A program made the translations under genes and the position numbers. The notes below the pieces were generated by a model. The model saw only the letters and a list, made by a program, of their open reading frames with translations, was not told where the DNA came from and did no database searches. This document shows positions 35,770 through 48,850 of a stretch of DNA of 64,000 nt, piece by piece; the first letter of the stretch is position 1; the number at the start of each line of letters is the position of its first letter. Source of the stretch: Octopus bimaculoides (lineage: Eukaryota); NCBI RefSeq assembly GCF_001194135.2, contig NC_068994.1, forward strand, positions 16,906,947 through 16,970,946. The letters are read 5' to 3'.

Positions 35770-36150
35770 CATTAATCTCATTTTTGTTTTTTGTATGGCT
35801 GAATCCCAACCTAGGTTGCAGCAACAAAGTCTACCCACCACACTTCTTGGTCCAACACCATTGCCTTGATATCCTGGATATACTCCAAGCCAGTGGTCAC
35901 GATCACATTGATGTGTGACAACATTTTCCTCTTCTTACATCATCATGAAGTAGGTTCCACAAGACTAATTTGGATGTTTCCAGTTCAGGGTGGTACACAC
36001 ACTGACCAGATAGTTGCAGCCATCTTTGCCTGATCTTGCTAGCTTTCAGCAGGTCTCCATAAAGGCATTCATTTGTCATAGGTTGCTACCATTTCACATT
36101 TAGGGCCATTCATAGCACTCTTGTGTAGCAGCCATCTAACCCATTTGAGA
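35770..36150 (-). mobile_element. RTE LINE 3' ORF remnant; related fragments at 44925-45050 and 46290-46420
   Basis: LDGCYTRVL*MALNVKW*QPMTNECLYG; LYGTETWTLTKKLEKQIDGCYTRMLR in the 46.3 kb copy. Confidence 0.7.
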
Positions 36151-36708
36151 ACTCTCTCAAAGAAGCCTGTTCTGATTGAATGCAGAAATATTTATATTAC
36201 AGCATGTCAGTTTACTGGCTATGGAAGTTGCTCAATACTGCGGTTTCCTTATCAATGTACTAGCATCGAGCAGTATTCACATAATCTATGTGTTTAAGAT
36301 GCATATATATATAGAGCTTTCTAAGTTTATCTATAGATTTTCTATAGGATTTAGTGCCAGTACTGAAAATTACATTTATGTTGTAACTTTCAGCATTTGC
36401 TTTAAATTCTATAGAAAATCTATAGAGATAAACTTAGAAATAAGAACATCACAAAAGTAAAGCCCAATAATGACTTGTAAACCTTTAATATACTTAGTAG
36501 TATATTATAGTTGGAAAAAGAAATACTGTGTCCTTGGTTCTGGGTTCAGTCCCTTGTGTGACACCTTGGGCAAGTGTCTTCTACTACAGCCTCAAGCCAA
36601 CCAAAGCCTTGTGAGTGAATATGGCAGATGAAAACTGAAAGAAGCCCATTGTATATATATATATATATATATACATATATATATACATATATATATACAT
36701 ACATACAC

Positions 36709-36739
<31 letters not shown>

Positions 36740-36999
36740 TATGTGTGTGTGTGTGTCTTTGTGTATGTGTTTGTTCCCCACCACTGGTTGATAAACAATG
36801 TTGGTGTGTTTACATCCTTGTTAACTTAGCCATTTGGCAAAAGAGCCCGATAAAATAAGTATCAAGCTTTACAAAAAAATTAATAGGTATTGGGGGTCGA
36901 TAAAATTCTTCGAGGCAGTGCCCCAGTATGCCCACAGTCTAATGACTGACACAAGTAAAAGATAAAAAAATAATAACTACTGTTTCATCAACATTTCAG

Positions 37000-37181
37000 C
37001 ATTTCATGATAAGTTCCAAAGTTCAATGAGTATATTTGACAACGATAAGCTTTGTATGAATGTACTTCTACTCACGTCTCCCGGTAGAGGGCTGGAAGCT
37101 ATGAATGAACATGTCTATACTACATTCAAGAAATCTCAAGAACTTGCACAGATAAATTACAAATTTGATGCTGATTCAGAG
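37000..37181 (+). CDS. CFAP43: CFAP43 exon; (T)FHDKFQSSMSIFDNDKLCMNVLLL...INYKFDADSE
   Basis: Acceptor acatttcag, donor GAG|GTATAT, phase 1 to 0, 60 open codons bridging the neighbouring exons. Confidence 0.8.
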
Positions 37182-37304
37182 GTATATTTTAAAGAATTTT
37201 ATTTATTGATTTTCCTTGACTATCCTAACCACAATCTTAATTAAGATTTTTTTCCTTTTACATGAGGACATGAGACTTTTTTGTCTTTCTTGGATTTTTT
37301 CCAT

Positions 37305-37397
37305 AAAAATATAAGCCATCCCCCGAAAATAAGCCGTAGTGCATTTTTTGGATGCAAAATTAATATAAGGCCGGGTCTTATTTTCAGGGAACGCAGT
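37305..37397. mobile_element. Small Tc2/pogo-like MITE remnant
   Basis: CCCCGAAAATAAG ... CTTATTTTCAGGG inverted ends. Confidence 0.5.
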
Positions 37398-38030
37398 AGT
37401 AACACAGATAGTGATAGCTCATCACGATAATGACAGTATTTTAAGGAAAGTATTTAGCTTTTAGTTTATATTCACATTTTGATTATGGCAGTATTTATAT
37501 ATTGTTCCTAGTAGTTATTTATTTATTCAATGTTTGTATTAAATAATTGAAGTAGTAGCATTTCCAGTATGAAGGTATTACATTTCATCTTTCCATACTG
37601 AAGGTTGATGGTAGTAATTACACAGAACAACCTGCCAGTTGTATTGAATATTTAATATATTGTCACTGTCATAGGAAAATACCACATTTTTATAACGATT
37701 TCAACTCTTTGTTATTTATCTCTTAGCTTGGACAGTTAGCTTACTTCCAGCCATGCTTTCTGTATATGGTGATGTAACAGATTAGGAAAACATGGGCAGA
37801 CACTGAGTTCTTATGAATAATGCATGCACTTAGTATTTAGGCTTAAAAAATCTGGAAAACTTATTGCAGGCATCACTGTGTGGTAAAAAGCTTGCTTCTT
37901 AACTGCATGGTTTTAGGTTCAGTCTCACCTATGGCAAGTGTCTTCTACTATAGTCTTGGGCCAACCAAAGCCTTACAAGTGGCTTTGGTAGACAGAAACT
38001 GGAAGAAACCTGTCGGGTATATACATATAT

Positions 38031-38080
<50 letters not shown>

Positions 38081-38140
38081 GCGCGCGCACACATGCATAC
38101 NNNNNNNNNNACACGCGCGCGCACACATGCATACACACAC

Positions 38141-38177
<37 letters not shown>

Positions 38178-39240
38178 CATATATCGTCGGTAGAACATAA
38201 AACCAAAAAAGCATACTCTAAGTTACAGAGCAGTATATAATATAAAAGTTAGAATAGGCCAGTCAATGAGATTACCTTTGGGTTTTGGGATCTGATGATA
38301 TGCCACAAAGCTAAGCGCTTTGTGGATGTGAAACCAAAGGTAATCCTATTAACTACCCTATTCTAACTTTTATAATATATATATATATATATATCAATAT
38401 GTGTGTCTTTGTATCTGTGTTTGTCTCTCACCACCACTTGACAACTAGTGTTGATGTGTATTTTAGCTGTTCAGTAAAGGGGACTGATAGAATAAGTGCC
38501 AGGCTTCGCAAAAAATAAAAAATAAAAAAATGCTGTTGATTTATTCGACTAGAAATAGTAATAAAGACCAACAGGACCCATGAAATTTCCATGAAAATTA
38601 TTGAAGTGGAATAATAGAGATAGTTTAATGGCCCTGGACCAACAAGTTGAGCTGTTGTAAGATAAAATTGTTTATCTTCATCATTTCCTGTGCTTTCATG
38701 GGTCAAATGGAATTTGTTGAGGCAAATTTTTCTATTGCTGGATGCTTTTCCTTTTGCCAACCCTCAACTGTTTCCAGGCAAGTTAATATTTTTCTGAGCT
38801 AGAAATGCTTTTCATGGAAGACTGGAAATGAATAAAAACCTGGCTTGTGTAATTAGAGATGCTCATTTACAACCATCATGTGATGTTTAGACAAAGGTAT
38901 ACATGTGCGCATGCATGCACACAAACACACACACACACACACATTTTAAACTCATGCAAGCACATACAGATATACACAATGGACTTCTTTCAGTTTCCCT
39001 CTACCAAATCCACTCACAAACCTTTGATTTATCTGGTGCTATAGTAGAAGATATTCACTCAAGGTGCCATGCAGTGGGATTGAACACAAGATCACATGGT
39101 TGGGAAGCAAGCCTCTTAATCACACAACCCTAACCCTAACCCACCATCTCCACACAGCTACACCTACACCCCCAAATAGACACACCACATATATATACAC
39201 CTTCACATATCATCTAATTTTACTTATTTTAATTTTATAG

Positions 39241-39381
39241 CAGGGCCTTGGATGGGAAATTTCAAAGAGATTCCCATTTGACCAATTTTCTGCTTGTTGC
39301 CTATGTACCAGTTATGATGAGAAATGGCTACTAATGGCTGCTGAAGATGGATCCATCCATGCTTTTCTAGCTGTAGATCTG
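39241..39381 (+). CDS. CFAP43: CFAP43 exon; QGLGWEISKRFPFDQFSACCLCTSYDEKWLLMAAEDGSIHAFLAVDL
   Basis: Acceptor ttttatag (tandem TAGCAG), donor G|GTAAAT, 47 codons, WD40-like. Confidence 0.9.
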
Positions 39382-41059
39382 GTAAATCATTCAGACCGTT
39401 TTACTATTTTTCTTCTTCTATATCTCAATTTGTGAACAATAGCATTGCTGGTTACATTAGACTAATCAAGAGTTCGTTACATTTCTGGTAGTTATTGTGA
39501 TAAGGGATTGTCTATAATTTGGCGCAAAGGACCTGGTATGAAGAATACTGGGTTTTTAGGTTTTTGTTGGTGTTTAAATCCTTCACCAATGCCCATGGTT
39601 GAAATACATACAAACATACATACATACAAACATACATACAAACATACATACACACATACATACATACATACATACATACATACATAAAAAAACCTTCCAT
39701 TAGTTTATCATTTAAGTATATATAAGCATGTCTAAATATGCAAATATATGCATGAAAAGACATACATAAAACAAAACATACCAATCTGCACATACACACA
39801 CGCATATTCACAGACACAGACACAGACACATGCATACACACACACACATACACACATACATACATACATACATACATACATACATACATAGGTACGTAGG
39901 AGAATAATGTACAAACACACGTACACAGTAAAAGGTGTAAGTGAAGAAGTATTAAAATATATAGGTAAAAATCATCATCATCATCATTTAACATCTATTG
40001 TCCATGCTGGCATGGGTTGAACGGATTAACCAGGGCTGGTAAGCTGAGGGGTTACACCAAACTCCAGTCTGATTTGACATGGTTTCTATGGCTTCCCAAT
40101 GCCAATCACTTTACAGAGTATGCTGGGTGCTTTTATGTGGAACTGCACAAGCATGTTTACATGGCACTGGCATGAGTGCTTTTTATGTGGCACTGGTACA
40201 GGACTCTGGCAGGCCAACACTCTTCACCAGAGGGAGCAGCATTAACACTTCTACTGTGGAGTATGGGTCTTCTTGAGACATATATGTAAAATAATATATA
40301 TACATAAAGATACATCTGCATCTGAACACTCGCACAAATATATATATGTACATACTTATTAATACACATAAAATACACGTCAACCTTCCTTCATTGGACA
40401 CTAAACTCAGCTTGCAAGTGAGATCAAAACTGTTGGGGCAAGTGAGATCAAAACTGAACCAAATTTGATGACTGGCACCTGTGCCAGTGGAGTGCTAACA
40501 GCACCATCGAGCAGGATCACTGCCAGAGCAGCGGTCTTGCTTCCATGCCTGTGGCGCATAAAAAGCGCCATTTGAGTGCGATTGTTTCCAGCTTTGCTTT
40601 ACTGGCACTTGTGCCGGTGGCATGTGAACAAAACATTGGACTGACTCCTGTGCAGGTGGCACGTAAAAAAACACCATTTGAGCATGGCCGTTGCCAGTAC
40701 TGCCGGTCATGTAAAAAGCACCCACTATACTCTTGGAGTGGTTGGCGTTAGGAAGGGCATCCAGCTGTAGAAACTCTGCCAGATCAGATTGGAGTCTGGT
40801 GTAGCCATCTGGTTCGCCAGTTCCCAGTCAAATCGTCCAACCCCTGCTAGCATGGAAAGCGGACGTTAAATGATGATGATGATGATGATATATGAAAACA
40901 TATATACAAATGTGCATATATGTATATGCACACACATGTCCAAATATATAAACACATGCAAAACAACATATAAATATGTGGTGGTGGTGGTAATGGTGGT
41001 GGTAGTGGTGGTGGTGATAGTTTGAATTTTGTTTTTGAATTTTCTTTTAATTTCAACAG

Positions 41060-41341
41060 AGTAAAATTCAACTCAGCTCAATCACACATAACTATCACAA
41101 CAGAGGTGTGAAGACCATCGTTCTATCATGGGATTGTCAGTTCCTTTTGGTCACCGCGTATGATGGCACTGCTTCTTGCTATAAAATCAATCATGAACAT
41201 AAACTTTTGACCAAAATTCAGAGCCGTGTTTCAAAGGAATGGTATCAAATGACCATCAACCAGAAACCTTACCTTGCTAAAAAAGAGAGCAAAGCATGCA
41301 TGAAACTACATAGTATTGGATTACCATCTCAAGAGGCAGGA
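41060..41341 (+). CDS. CFAP43: CFAP43 exon; SKIQLSSITHNYHNRGVKTIVLSWDCQFLLVTAYDGTASCYK...PSQEAG
   Basis: Acceptor tttcaacag, donor GTGAGT, 94 codons. Resembles human [30 protein letters not shown]. Confidence 0.93.
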
Positions 41342-41384
41342 GTGAGTTTTTAATCATTTATTCTATGATGTATTCTTCTTTCTT

Positions 41385-41870
41385 GCCTTTAACCCTCCAA
41401 CACGGAGTATAGGCCACTTATAATTGAATTCCATGTCGCATAATTTCTCGTTTCTGTACATATAATCTGCCATGAATGTCCCCCTTTCTCTAGTTCCTTT
41501 TGTGTTGATCTACACCACAAGTTCTTAGGCCAACCCCCTTCTATATCCATCCGGATTCCACTGTAAAGCACTTTTTGCTGCATTTGGTGTGTCCTTTCTA
41601 ACTGTGCTACCAATCCACTTCCACTTTTTCGTAAATATTTTCTCCCTAATTGAAACTGGATTCGTTCTTTGCCATAGCTCCATATTGCTTATGTGTTTGG
41701 GCCATCTGATTTTAAGTATACTATGCAAGCACCTGTTGATGAATGATTGTATTTGCTTATTTGACTTAACTGCTGTTCACCATGTCTCAGCCCCATACAG
41801 TAACACCGCTTTTACGTTAGTGTTAAAAATGGATTTTCAAATCGATTACGAAAACACTGATAGTTGACAG
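41385..41870 (-). mobile_element. RTE LINE 3' ORF remnant
   Basis: LHSILKIRWPKHISNMELWQRT...KWKWIGSTVRK...ALQWNPDGYRRG. Confidence 0.85.
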
Positions 41871-42189
41871 GTCTATGATGTATATGTAGCTTAAAATAAA
41901 TTTTATTCAATTATGAATCACAAAGTCTGCAAACTATTTCTGAGTGCAAGCTCATTGTGCTCAAACCCTGAGTAATGTGCACAGTAATACCTCACATTAC
42001 AAAGGCCCACTTTATGAGACCCTGGGTTTATAAGTTTTATTTTATAATAAATATAAAAAGGATAAACAGCCATTTTGTGTGTGTGGCAATGTTACAACAT
42101 GTGACAACACTAGTTCTGACATGTCTACACAGCTTCATATAGTGATAGAAGTGGAGGCGCAATGGCCCAGTGGTTAGGGCAGCAGACTA

Positions 42190-42841
42190 AACAATGTTTA
42201 ACAGTGGCATTTGAGCTGCATTTTCATGTCGGGGAAAGAGAGGGAAGTCTGCAGGTGCTAAATCTGGTGAATAGGCTGGGTGTGGAAGTGATAGCATGTT
42301 ATTGGTGATAAATTCACAAGTGAGGTGAGCTTGGTGACAGGGTGCATTGTCATCATGATGAATTCAACTCTTTGCGCTCCACAGATCTGGTCACTTTTGC
42401 TGAATGTCCTCCCTCAGATACTTCAAAACATCACCGTAGAACTCTTGATTGACAGCCTGGCCCTGGGAGATGAATTCTCAATGCACAATACCATATTTCC
42501 AGGGGTGGTGCTTGTGGCAGGTCTTCCAGATTGCTCATCATCTCCCAGGGACCTTCTTCTGTTTTTGAAACACCTGTGCCACTCTAAATATTGCATACGA
42601 CCCATTGCCTCATCACCATAAGCTTGCCAAAACATGCTCAATGTTTCTGTAGCAGACTTCCCAGGTTTAATGCAAAATTCTACAATGGCTCTTTGTTCCA
42701 ACTTCCTGTCTATGACAAAATCGCAGTCACTTGGTACACTTCCTCATCAAGGTCACTGCTAGCTGTCACTGTGTATGCAACCATGTGCTGCCATCTGTTG
42801 GCATGCTACAGAATAATCTGAGAACTTTTTGATACCACCTC
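42190..42841 (-). mobile_element. Internally deleted mariner (irritans-like); 3' part of a related copy at 49198-49575
   Basis: MEQRAIVEFCIKPGKSATETLSM...DDEQSGRP, HHDDNAPCH and HPAYSPDLAP; terminus GAGGTGGTATCAAAAAGTT. Confidence 0.85.
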
Positions 42842-43111
42842 ATAAGTGAAAGCAAAGCATAGACTCTCTGAAGTTTGCCCATTCAATGCATTTTCATAAG
42901 TTTATCCTAAATGTCCATGCTCCTTTACAGACTTTTTGTTAGTTTTTATTTCATACGTTGTGAGTAATATAAAGCTTTCCTTATATACACAGGATACATT
43001 TCCCTGGCATCCACGTATCATATAAGATTTATTATCACTTCATTTCAACTTCCTCACTTCTCTGTAAAAATTTCTTACATTCAGTTTTTATTTTTCTCTC
43101 CCAACATGCAG

Positions 43112-43165
43112 ACCTCAGAAAAGATGCCATTACCAATTACATGGCTGGATACTCAGAGAAAAATA
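43112..43165 (+). CDS. CFAP43: CFAP43 exon; TSEKMPLPITWLDTQRKI
   Basis: Acceptor after a pyrimidine tract (catgcag), donor GTAAGT, 18 codons. Resembles human EIPWIQQKSQE. Confidence 0.85.
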
Positions 43166-43501
43166 GTAAGTTTATATATTCAATACAATCTTTTCTACAA
43201 AAGGCACAATGCCTGGATTTTGGGGAGAGGGAACTAGTTGATTACATTGAACCCCAGTGTTTCACTGGTACTTAATTTATTGACTCTGAAAGGATGATAG
43301 TCAAAAGCGACCATGGCAGGATTTGAACTCAGAATGTAAGAACAGATGAATTGCCACTGATCATTTTGCCTGGCATGCTAATGATTCCACTAGCTTGCCA
43401 CCTTAATATTCAACATAATAACAATATTTCTATTATCATCACCTTTGTCTTCTTGTCATAGCAACACAGGCACACACACACATGCACGCACACACACACA
43501 C

Positions 43502-43534
<33 letters not shown>

Positions 43535-43791
43535 TGCACACACACACACACACAAATGTGCACACACACACTCACACATATTACAAACACATACACACAT
43601 ATATGCATGTACACATATACATACATGTCTATATACATGATAGGCTTTCAGATGAGTTTCCTTTTACCAAATTTACTCACAAGGCTTTATTCAGCCAGGG
43701 ACTATACTAGAAGACACATGTCTTAAGGTGCTATACTGTGGAAATGAGTCTGAAATTATGTGATTGGGAATTTCTTAATCACATATCTCTG

Positions 43792-43855
<64 letters not shown>

Positions 43856-43950
43856 TCATCATCGTTTAACGTCTGCTTTCCATGCTAGCATGGGTTGGAC
43901 GATTTGACTGAGGACTGGTAAACCAGATGGCTACACCAGGCTCCAATCTG

Positions 43951-44530
43951 TACAGTGTGCAGAAACTCCAATGTTCGTTTTCTTGGAGTCAGAAGTAGAG
44001 GTTAATAGTTCTCTTATATTTTTATTCCATCTAAAGGCTACAATAGGTGGCTGAGAAAATATATGTTTGAAACGAGGATATTTTTCCACAACATGCTGGT
44101 AACTTTCATGTAACACTTTTGAAATGCCAGCAAAATTTCGGTGCCAGTTAATCACTAAAGGAATTCTGTCACATATTGTACTTTGTTTGCTAAAATTATC
44201 GACTTTCCTCACTAATCTTAGCTATGTTGTTTGCAATTTCCTTTAATTGTGATTCACTGTAACCACGTTTGACATAATGGTGTACAAAAGCATTTGCATA
44301 TTTCCAGTAATCCCCTATATCAGTACAAATCCATTTTATCCTCAAAAATTAGGATTTCAGATTTGACTGAATCATATGGTGTGGATGATTAGAGCAGTGG
44401 TGGGGGTAAATGTGGGATGACGTGGGCTTGCAAAATAACTCTGTCAATTTTCTGCCTCCAGAAAACTTAACTTTGTGTCAAAAAAATCCAACGCTTGTTT
44501 TTGACAAAGTAGATGTAAATTTTATGTTGG
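43951..44530 (-). mobile_element. Penelope-like element remnant (RT C-terminus and linker)
   Basis: FCKPTSSHIYPHHCSNHPHH, KRGYS, and RIPLVINWH...IFSQPPIVAFRWNKNIRELL. Confidence 0.85.
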
Positions 44531-44666
44531 ACTTAAAGCCATAGTTATTATTATTATTATTATTATGATGATAATGTTATTAAATACAAAGAAATCGTTT
44601 TTATTAAGATTTGAAATAAAGAAATCATTAATGTATACATTTTTATTGCCTTCTTTTGTTCTGCAG

Positions 44667-44744
44667 GCTCTTGAAGAGAAAGAGAGAGAAATATCAGAAG
44701 AGAAACAGAAAATTAAAGATGCAGTTTCTAAGATACGACAAACT
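44667..44744 (+). CDS. CFAP43: CFAP43 exon; ALEEKEREISEEKQKIKDAVSKIRQT (coiled coil)
   Basis: Acceptor ttctgcag, donor GTAAAT, 26 codons. Resembles human [26 protein letters not shown]. Confidence 0.9.
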
Positions 44745-45291
44745 GTAAATACTCTAACTCCTTTTTTCTTTTTATGTAATGATATAACAGTACATTACAA
44801 AAATATGGAATAGGTCATGATTTCGTTTTTGCTTTTATTTCTTAACAGTTTTGTCATATTTCAAGATATGCTTTATATGTTTATATCATATTTATGACAG
44901 ACTTCTGTCATAAATAATAGTTAGTTGGGCCATCCTCCCAGAAGCTTCATTGATTTCATGCAAGCATACCATCCATCATGGTCCCCCGTGCATGTTCTTA
45001 ATTTGTCGACATTTGCCATTCCACTGTCCTGAAGCAAGTTGTCCCCATAGGTTACTCTTTTCACTCTTTTACTTGTTTCAGTCATTTGACTGCGGCCATA
45101 CTGGAGCACTGCCTTTAGTCGAGCAAATTGACCCCAGGATTTTTTTTTTTGGAAGCCTAGTACTTATTCTATCGGTCTCTTTTGCTGAACTGCTAAGTTA
45201 CGGGGACATAAATACACCACCATTGGTTGTCAAGCGATGCTGGTGGGACAAGCACAGACACACATACATACACACACACACATACATATAC

Positions 45292-45351
<60 letters not shown>

Positions 45352-46028
45352 NNNNNNNNNNNNNNNNNNNNNNNNNNNNNNNNNNNNNNNNNNNNNNNNN
45401 NNNNNNNNNNNNNNNNNNNNNNNNNNNNNNNNNNNNNNNNNNNNNNNNNNNNNNNNNNNNNNNNNNNNNNNNNNNNNNNNNNNNNNNNNNNNNNNNNNNN
45501 NNNNNNNNNNNNNNNNNNNNNNNNNNNNNNNNNNNNNNNNNNNNNNNNNNNNNNNNNNNNNNNNNNNNNNNNNNNNNNNNNNNNNNNNNNNNNNNNNNNN
45601 NNNNNNNNNNNNNNNNNNNNNNNNNNNNNNNNNNNNNNNNNNNNNNNNNNNNNNNNNNNNNNNNNNNNNNNNNNNNNNNNNNNNNNNNNNNNNNNNNNNN
45701 NNNNNNNNNNNNNNNNNNNNNNNNNNNNNNNNNNNNNNNNNNNNNNNNNNNNNNNNNNNNNNNNNNNNNNNNNNNNNNNNNNNNNNNNNNNNNNNNNNNN
45801 NNNNNNNNNNNNNNNNNNNNNNNNNNNNNNNNNNNNNNNNNNNNNNNNNNNNNNNNNNNNNNNNNNNNNNNNNNNNNNNNNNNNNNNNNNNNNNNNNNNN
45901 NNNNNNNNNNNNNNNNNNNNNNNNNNNNNNNNNNNNNNNNNNNNNNNNNNNNNNNNNNNNNNNNNNNNNNNNNNNNNNNNNNNNNNNNNNNNNNNNNNNN
46001 NNNNNNNNNNNNNNNNNNNNNNNNNNNN

Positions 46029-46063
<35 letters not shown>

Positions 46064-46784
46064 AAATATTTGTGTGTCTGAGTTTGTCCCCCCAACATTG
46101 CTTGACAACCGATGCTGGTGTGTTTACGTCCCTGTAACTTAGCGATTCGGCTAAAGAGACTGATAGAATAAGTACTAGGCTTACAAAGAATAAGTCCTGG
46201 GGTTGATTAGCTCGACTAAAAGGTGATGCTCCAGCATGGCCACAGTCAAATGACTGAAACAAGTAAAAGAGTAAAGAGAGAGAGTATGTAACATTCTGAG
46301 CCCATTCTTAACATTCTTGTGTAGCAGCCATCTATTTGTTTTTCAAGCTTTTTGGTCAGGGTCCAAGTTTCAGTACCGTATAACTAAACTGACTCTACTA
46401 TGAAGACAAACATTCTGATAAACATTGCACATGTCTATGTATATGTGTCTTTGTATTTGTGTTTGTCTCCCCCCCCCTACCACTTGACGACTGAACTTAG
46501 CAGTTCAGCAAAAGTGACTGATAGAATAAGTATCAGGCTTAAAAAAAAAGTACCGGAGCTGATTCCTCCCACTAAATTTCTTCAAGGTGGTGCCCCAGCA
46601 TGGCCACAGCCTAATGACTGAAATGAATTACGAGATGAAAAGATAAAAGCATTACAGAGTGGTTCAACTCAAACCTCTGTGCATCTGTGAGGTTTTCAAA
46701 CAGACTGATTGCATTGAAATGTTTCTTTCAAACGTTGGCTGTGTCCTGTTTTACTTGAAGGTGGGTGTTTGCTTCTGTTTTTAG

Positions 46785-46910
46785 GTACAAGATATGCTCA
46801 AAGCCAATGACAACCGTCCAGATATTGAGAAGCTGGAGCAATACGAATTTGATTTAGATGTTGAGGAACAAGTACGTCTTCAGGCTGATGGCGAAGCAGC
46901 CATTCAGAAG
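46785..46910 (+). CDS. CFAP43: CFAP43 exon; VQDMLKANDNRPDIEKLEQYEFDLDVEEQVRLQADGEAAIQK
   Basis: Acceptor gtttttag, donor AAG|GTAAGT. Strong match to human [30 protein letters not shown]. Confidence 0.96.
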
Positions 46911-46929
46911 GTAAGTCTTTGTTGATGTG

Positions 46930-47436
46930 TTGTCGTCATTGTCGTCGTCATCATTGTCATCATTGTCATCGTCGTCATCCTCCTCCTCCTCCTCCTCCCA
47001 CTACTACTACTACCACTACTACTACAGCTGCTGCTGCTTCTGTTACTCCCACTTCTTCCTCTGCCTCCTCCTTTTCCACCACTATCACCACCACCACTAC
47101 CACCACCACCACCACCACCACCACCGCCGCTGCTGCCGCCACCACCACCACCACATCTTACTCCTCCTCCCTCTTCCTTGCTGCTACTGGCACCGCCGCT
47201 GCTACCGCCACCACCTATGATGATGAAGATGATGATGATGATGATGATGACAATGTTGATAATGATGTTGATAACAATGACGACAACGGCGACGACGACG
47301 ATGATGATGATGATGAGGATGATGATGATGACAAAGACGATGACGACAACGACGACGATGACGACGATTATAAGGATGATGATGACGATGATGACAATGA
47401 TGATGATGACAATGTTGATGATGATGATGACAATGT

Positions 47437-47467
<31 letters not shown>

Positions 47468-47515
47468 AACAATGACAACAATGACGATGACAACAACTAC
47501 AATGTCAATGATGAT
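46930..47515. repeat. Compound trinucleotide array filling an entire intron
   Basis: Successive GTC/CAT, CCT, ACT, GCT, ACC, GCC, then GAT/GAC/AAC blocks. Confidence 0.95.
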
Positions 47516-47580
47516 ATTGAACGAGGAAGAGGAAAAACATTGAAACAATACAATAATAGATTGCTTTATTTCTTTTCTAG

Positions 47581-47685
47581 ATATATGAAAACACTGAATA
47601 TGAAAATCTGACTAAATTGTTTGTCAAAGAGAAAATCAAAGAAGAATGCTATGACAATATGTTTGTCAAGGGCCGATCCCTAAAG
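47581..47685 (+). CDS. CFAP43: CFAP43 exon; IYENTEYENLTKLFVKEKIKEECYDNMFVKGRSLK
   Basis: Acceptor ttttctag, donor AAG|GTAAT. Strong match to human LIKEECWNSMAVKGRALK. Confidence 0.96.
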
Positions 47686-47739
47686 GTAATATCCTTGTCT
47701 AAATTTCCAATCTTTATTAACAAAAGTTACAGTTAGCAG

Positions 47740-48120
47740 GGTGGAGGCGCAATGGCCTAGTGGTTAGGGCATCGGACTCGCAGTCATAAGATCGCGGTTT
47801 CGATTCCCAGACTGGGCGTTGTGAGTGTTTATTGAGCGAAAACACCTAAAAGCTCCACGAGGCTCCGGCAGGGGATGGTGGCGAACCCTGCTGTACTCTT
47901 TCACCACAACTTTCTCTCACTCTTACTTCCTGTTTCTGTTGTGCCTGTAGTTCAAAGGGTCAGCCTTGTCACACTGTGTCACACTGAATATCCCCGAGAA
48001 CTATGTTGAGGGTACACGTGTCTGTGGAGTGCTCAGCCACTTGCACGTTAACTTCACAAGCAGGCTGTTCCGTTGATCGGATCAACTGGAACCTTCGATG
48101 TCGTAAGCGACGGAGTGCCA
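47740..48120 (+). mobile_element. Young tRNA-derived SINE (family B) with a perfect 11-bp TSD; decayed relatives at about 8540-8860, 13420-13560, 49660-49970 and a head-only copy at 42151-42188
   Basis: A box TGGCCTAGTGG, B box GTTTCGATTCC. TSD ACAGTTAGCAG at 47729-47739 and 48121-48131. Confidence 0.92.
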
Positions 48121-48334
48121 ACAGTTAGCAGAACTGGACAATAGTCAGTACATTGTGTCTGTGGTCAAGACATTCAATCCTGAAATGGTACTGACCACAA
48201 AATAGTGGCATTAAATTTTATATCTTAAATAGACCATTGCTACTTGGAACGAGACACTCTCTAACAAGCTGAATTGAATTCTTTTGGGTACATAATAAAC
48301 ACTCATTACCAACATGTATGTATGTATGTATGTC

Positions 48335-48850
48335 CTGAGTACAGCTGATATCTTGAGTATTGAGGCAACGGTGCACAAGCACCGGTTACGTTGGACTGGA
48401 CACCTTATTAGAATGAAGGATAGCAGGATCCCTAAGCAGATGCTATATGGAGAACTTGTGAATGGAAGGAGACTCCGGCAGAAACCAGGCTGCAATTTAA
48501 GGACTGTGTCAAGTCCTCATTGAAGGCCTGTGATATGCAGGACACTGACTGGGAGATCAATGCCTGTCATTGCCACGGATGGAGGAAGCAGGTTAAGGAG
48601 GGGATTGACACTCTTGAGAGAGCACGTATCCAGCATGAAGAACTTAAACGAGCTGTGCGAAAGCGCATGGCTCGTATAGTGAATGGGGAAAGCTTGGTCT
48701 GCAATGTTTGCAGTCGTGTATGCTTGTCAAGAGCAGGGCTCATTAGCCACCAACGGAGCCGCAAATGCAAAATATAAGTTAGTCCTAGAGCGCACAATGT
48801 TCCTGAAGGTCGGCAATGGTCTTCCTCGGTCACGAGTGGACAGCCATCAT
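48335..48850 (+). mobile_element. RTE (BovB-like) 3' end with a C2H2 finger
   Basis: HRLRWTGHLIRMKDSRIPKQMLYGEL and CNVCSRVCLSRAGLISHQRS. Confidence 0.9.

Noticed and set aside
38575-38704. 11-bp perfect inverted repeat GACCCATGAAA/TTTCATGGGTC
   Set aside because: The right copy is part of a LINE-tail repeat, there is no TSD, and it is likely coincidental.
39126-39142. Telomere-like (CCCTAA) repeats
   Set aside because: Fewer than three units; expected by chance.
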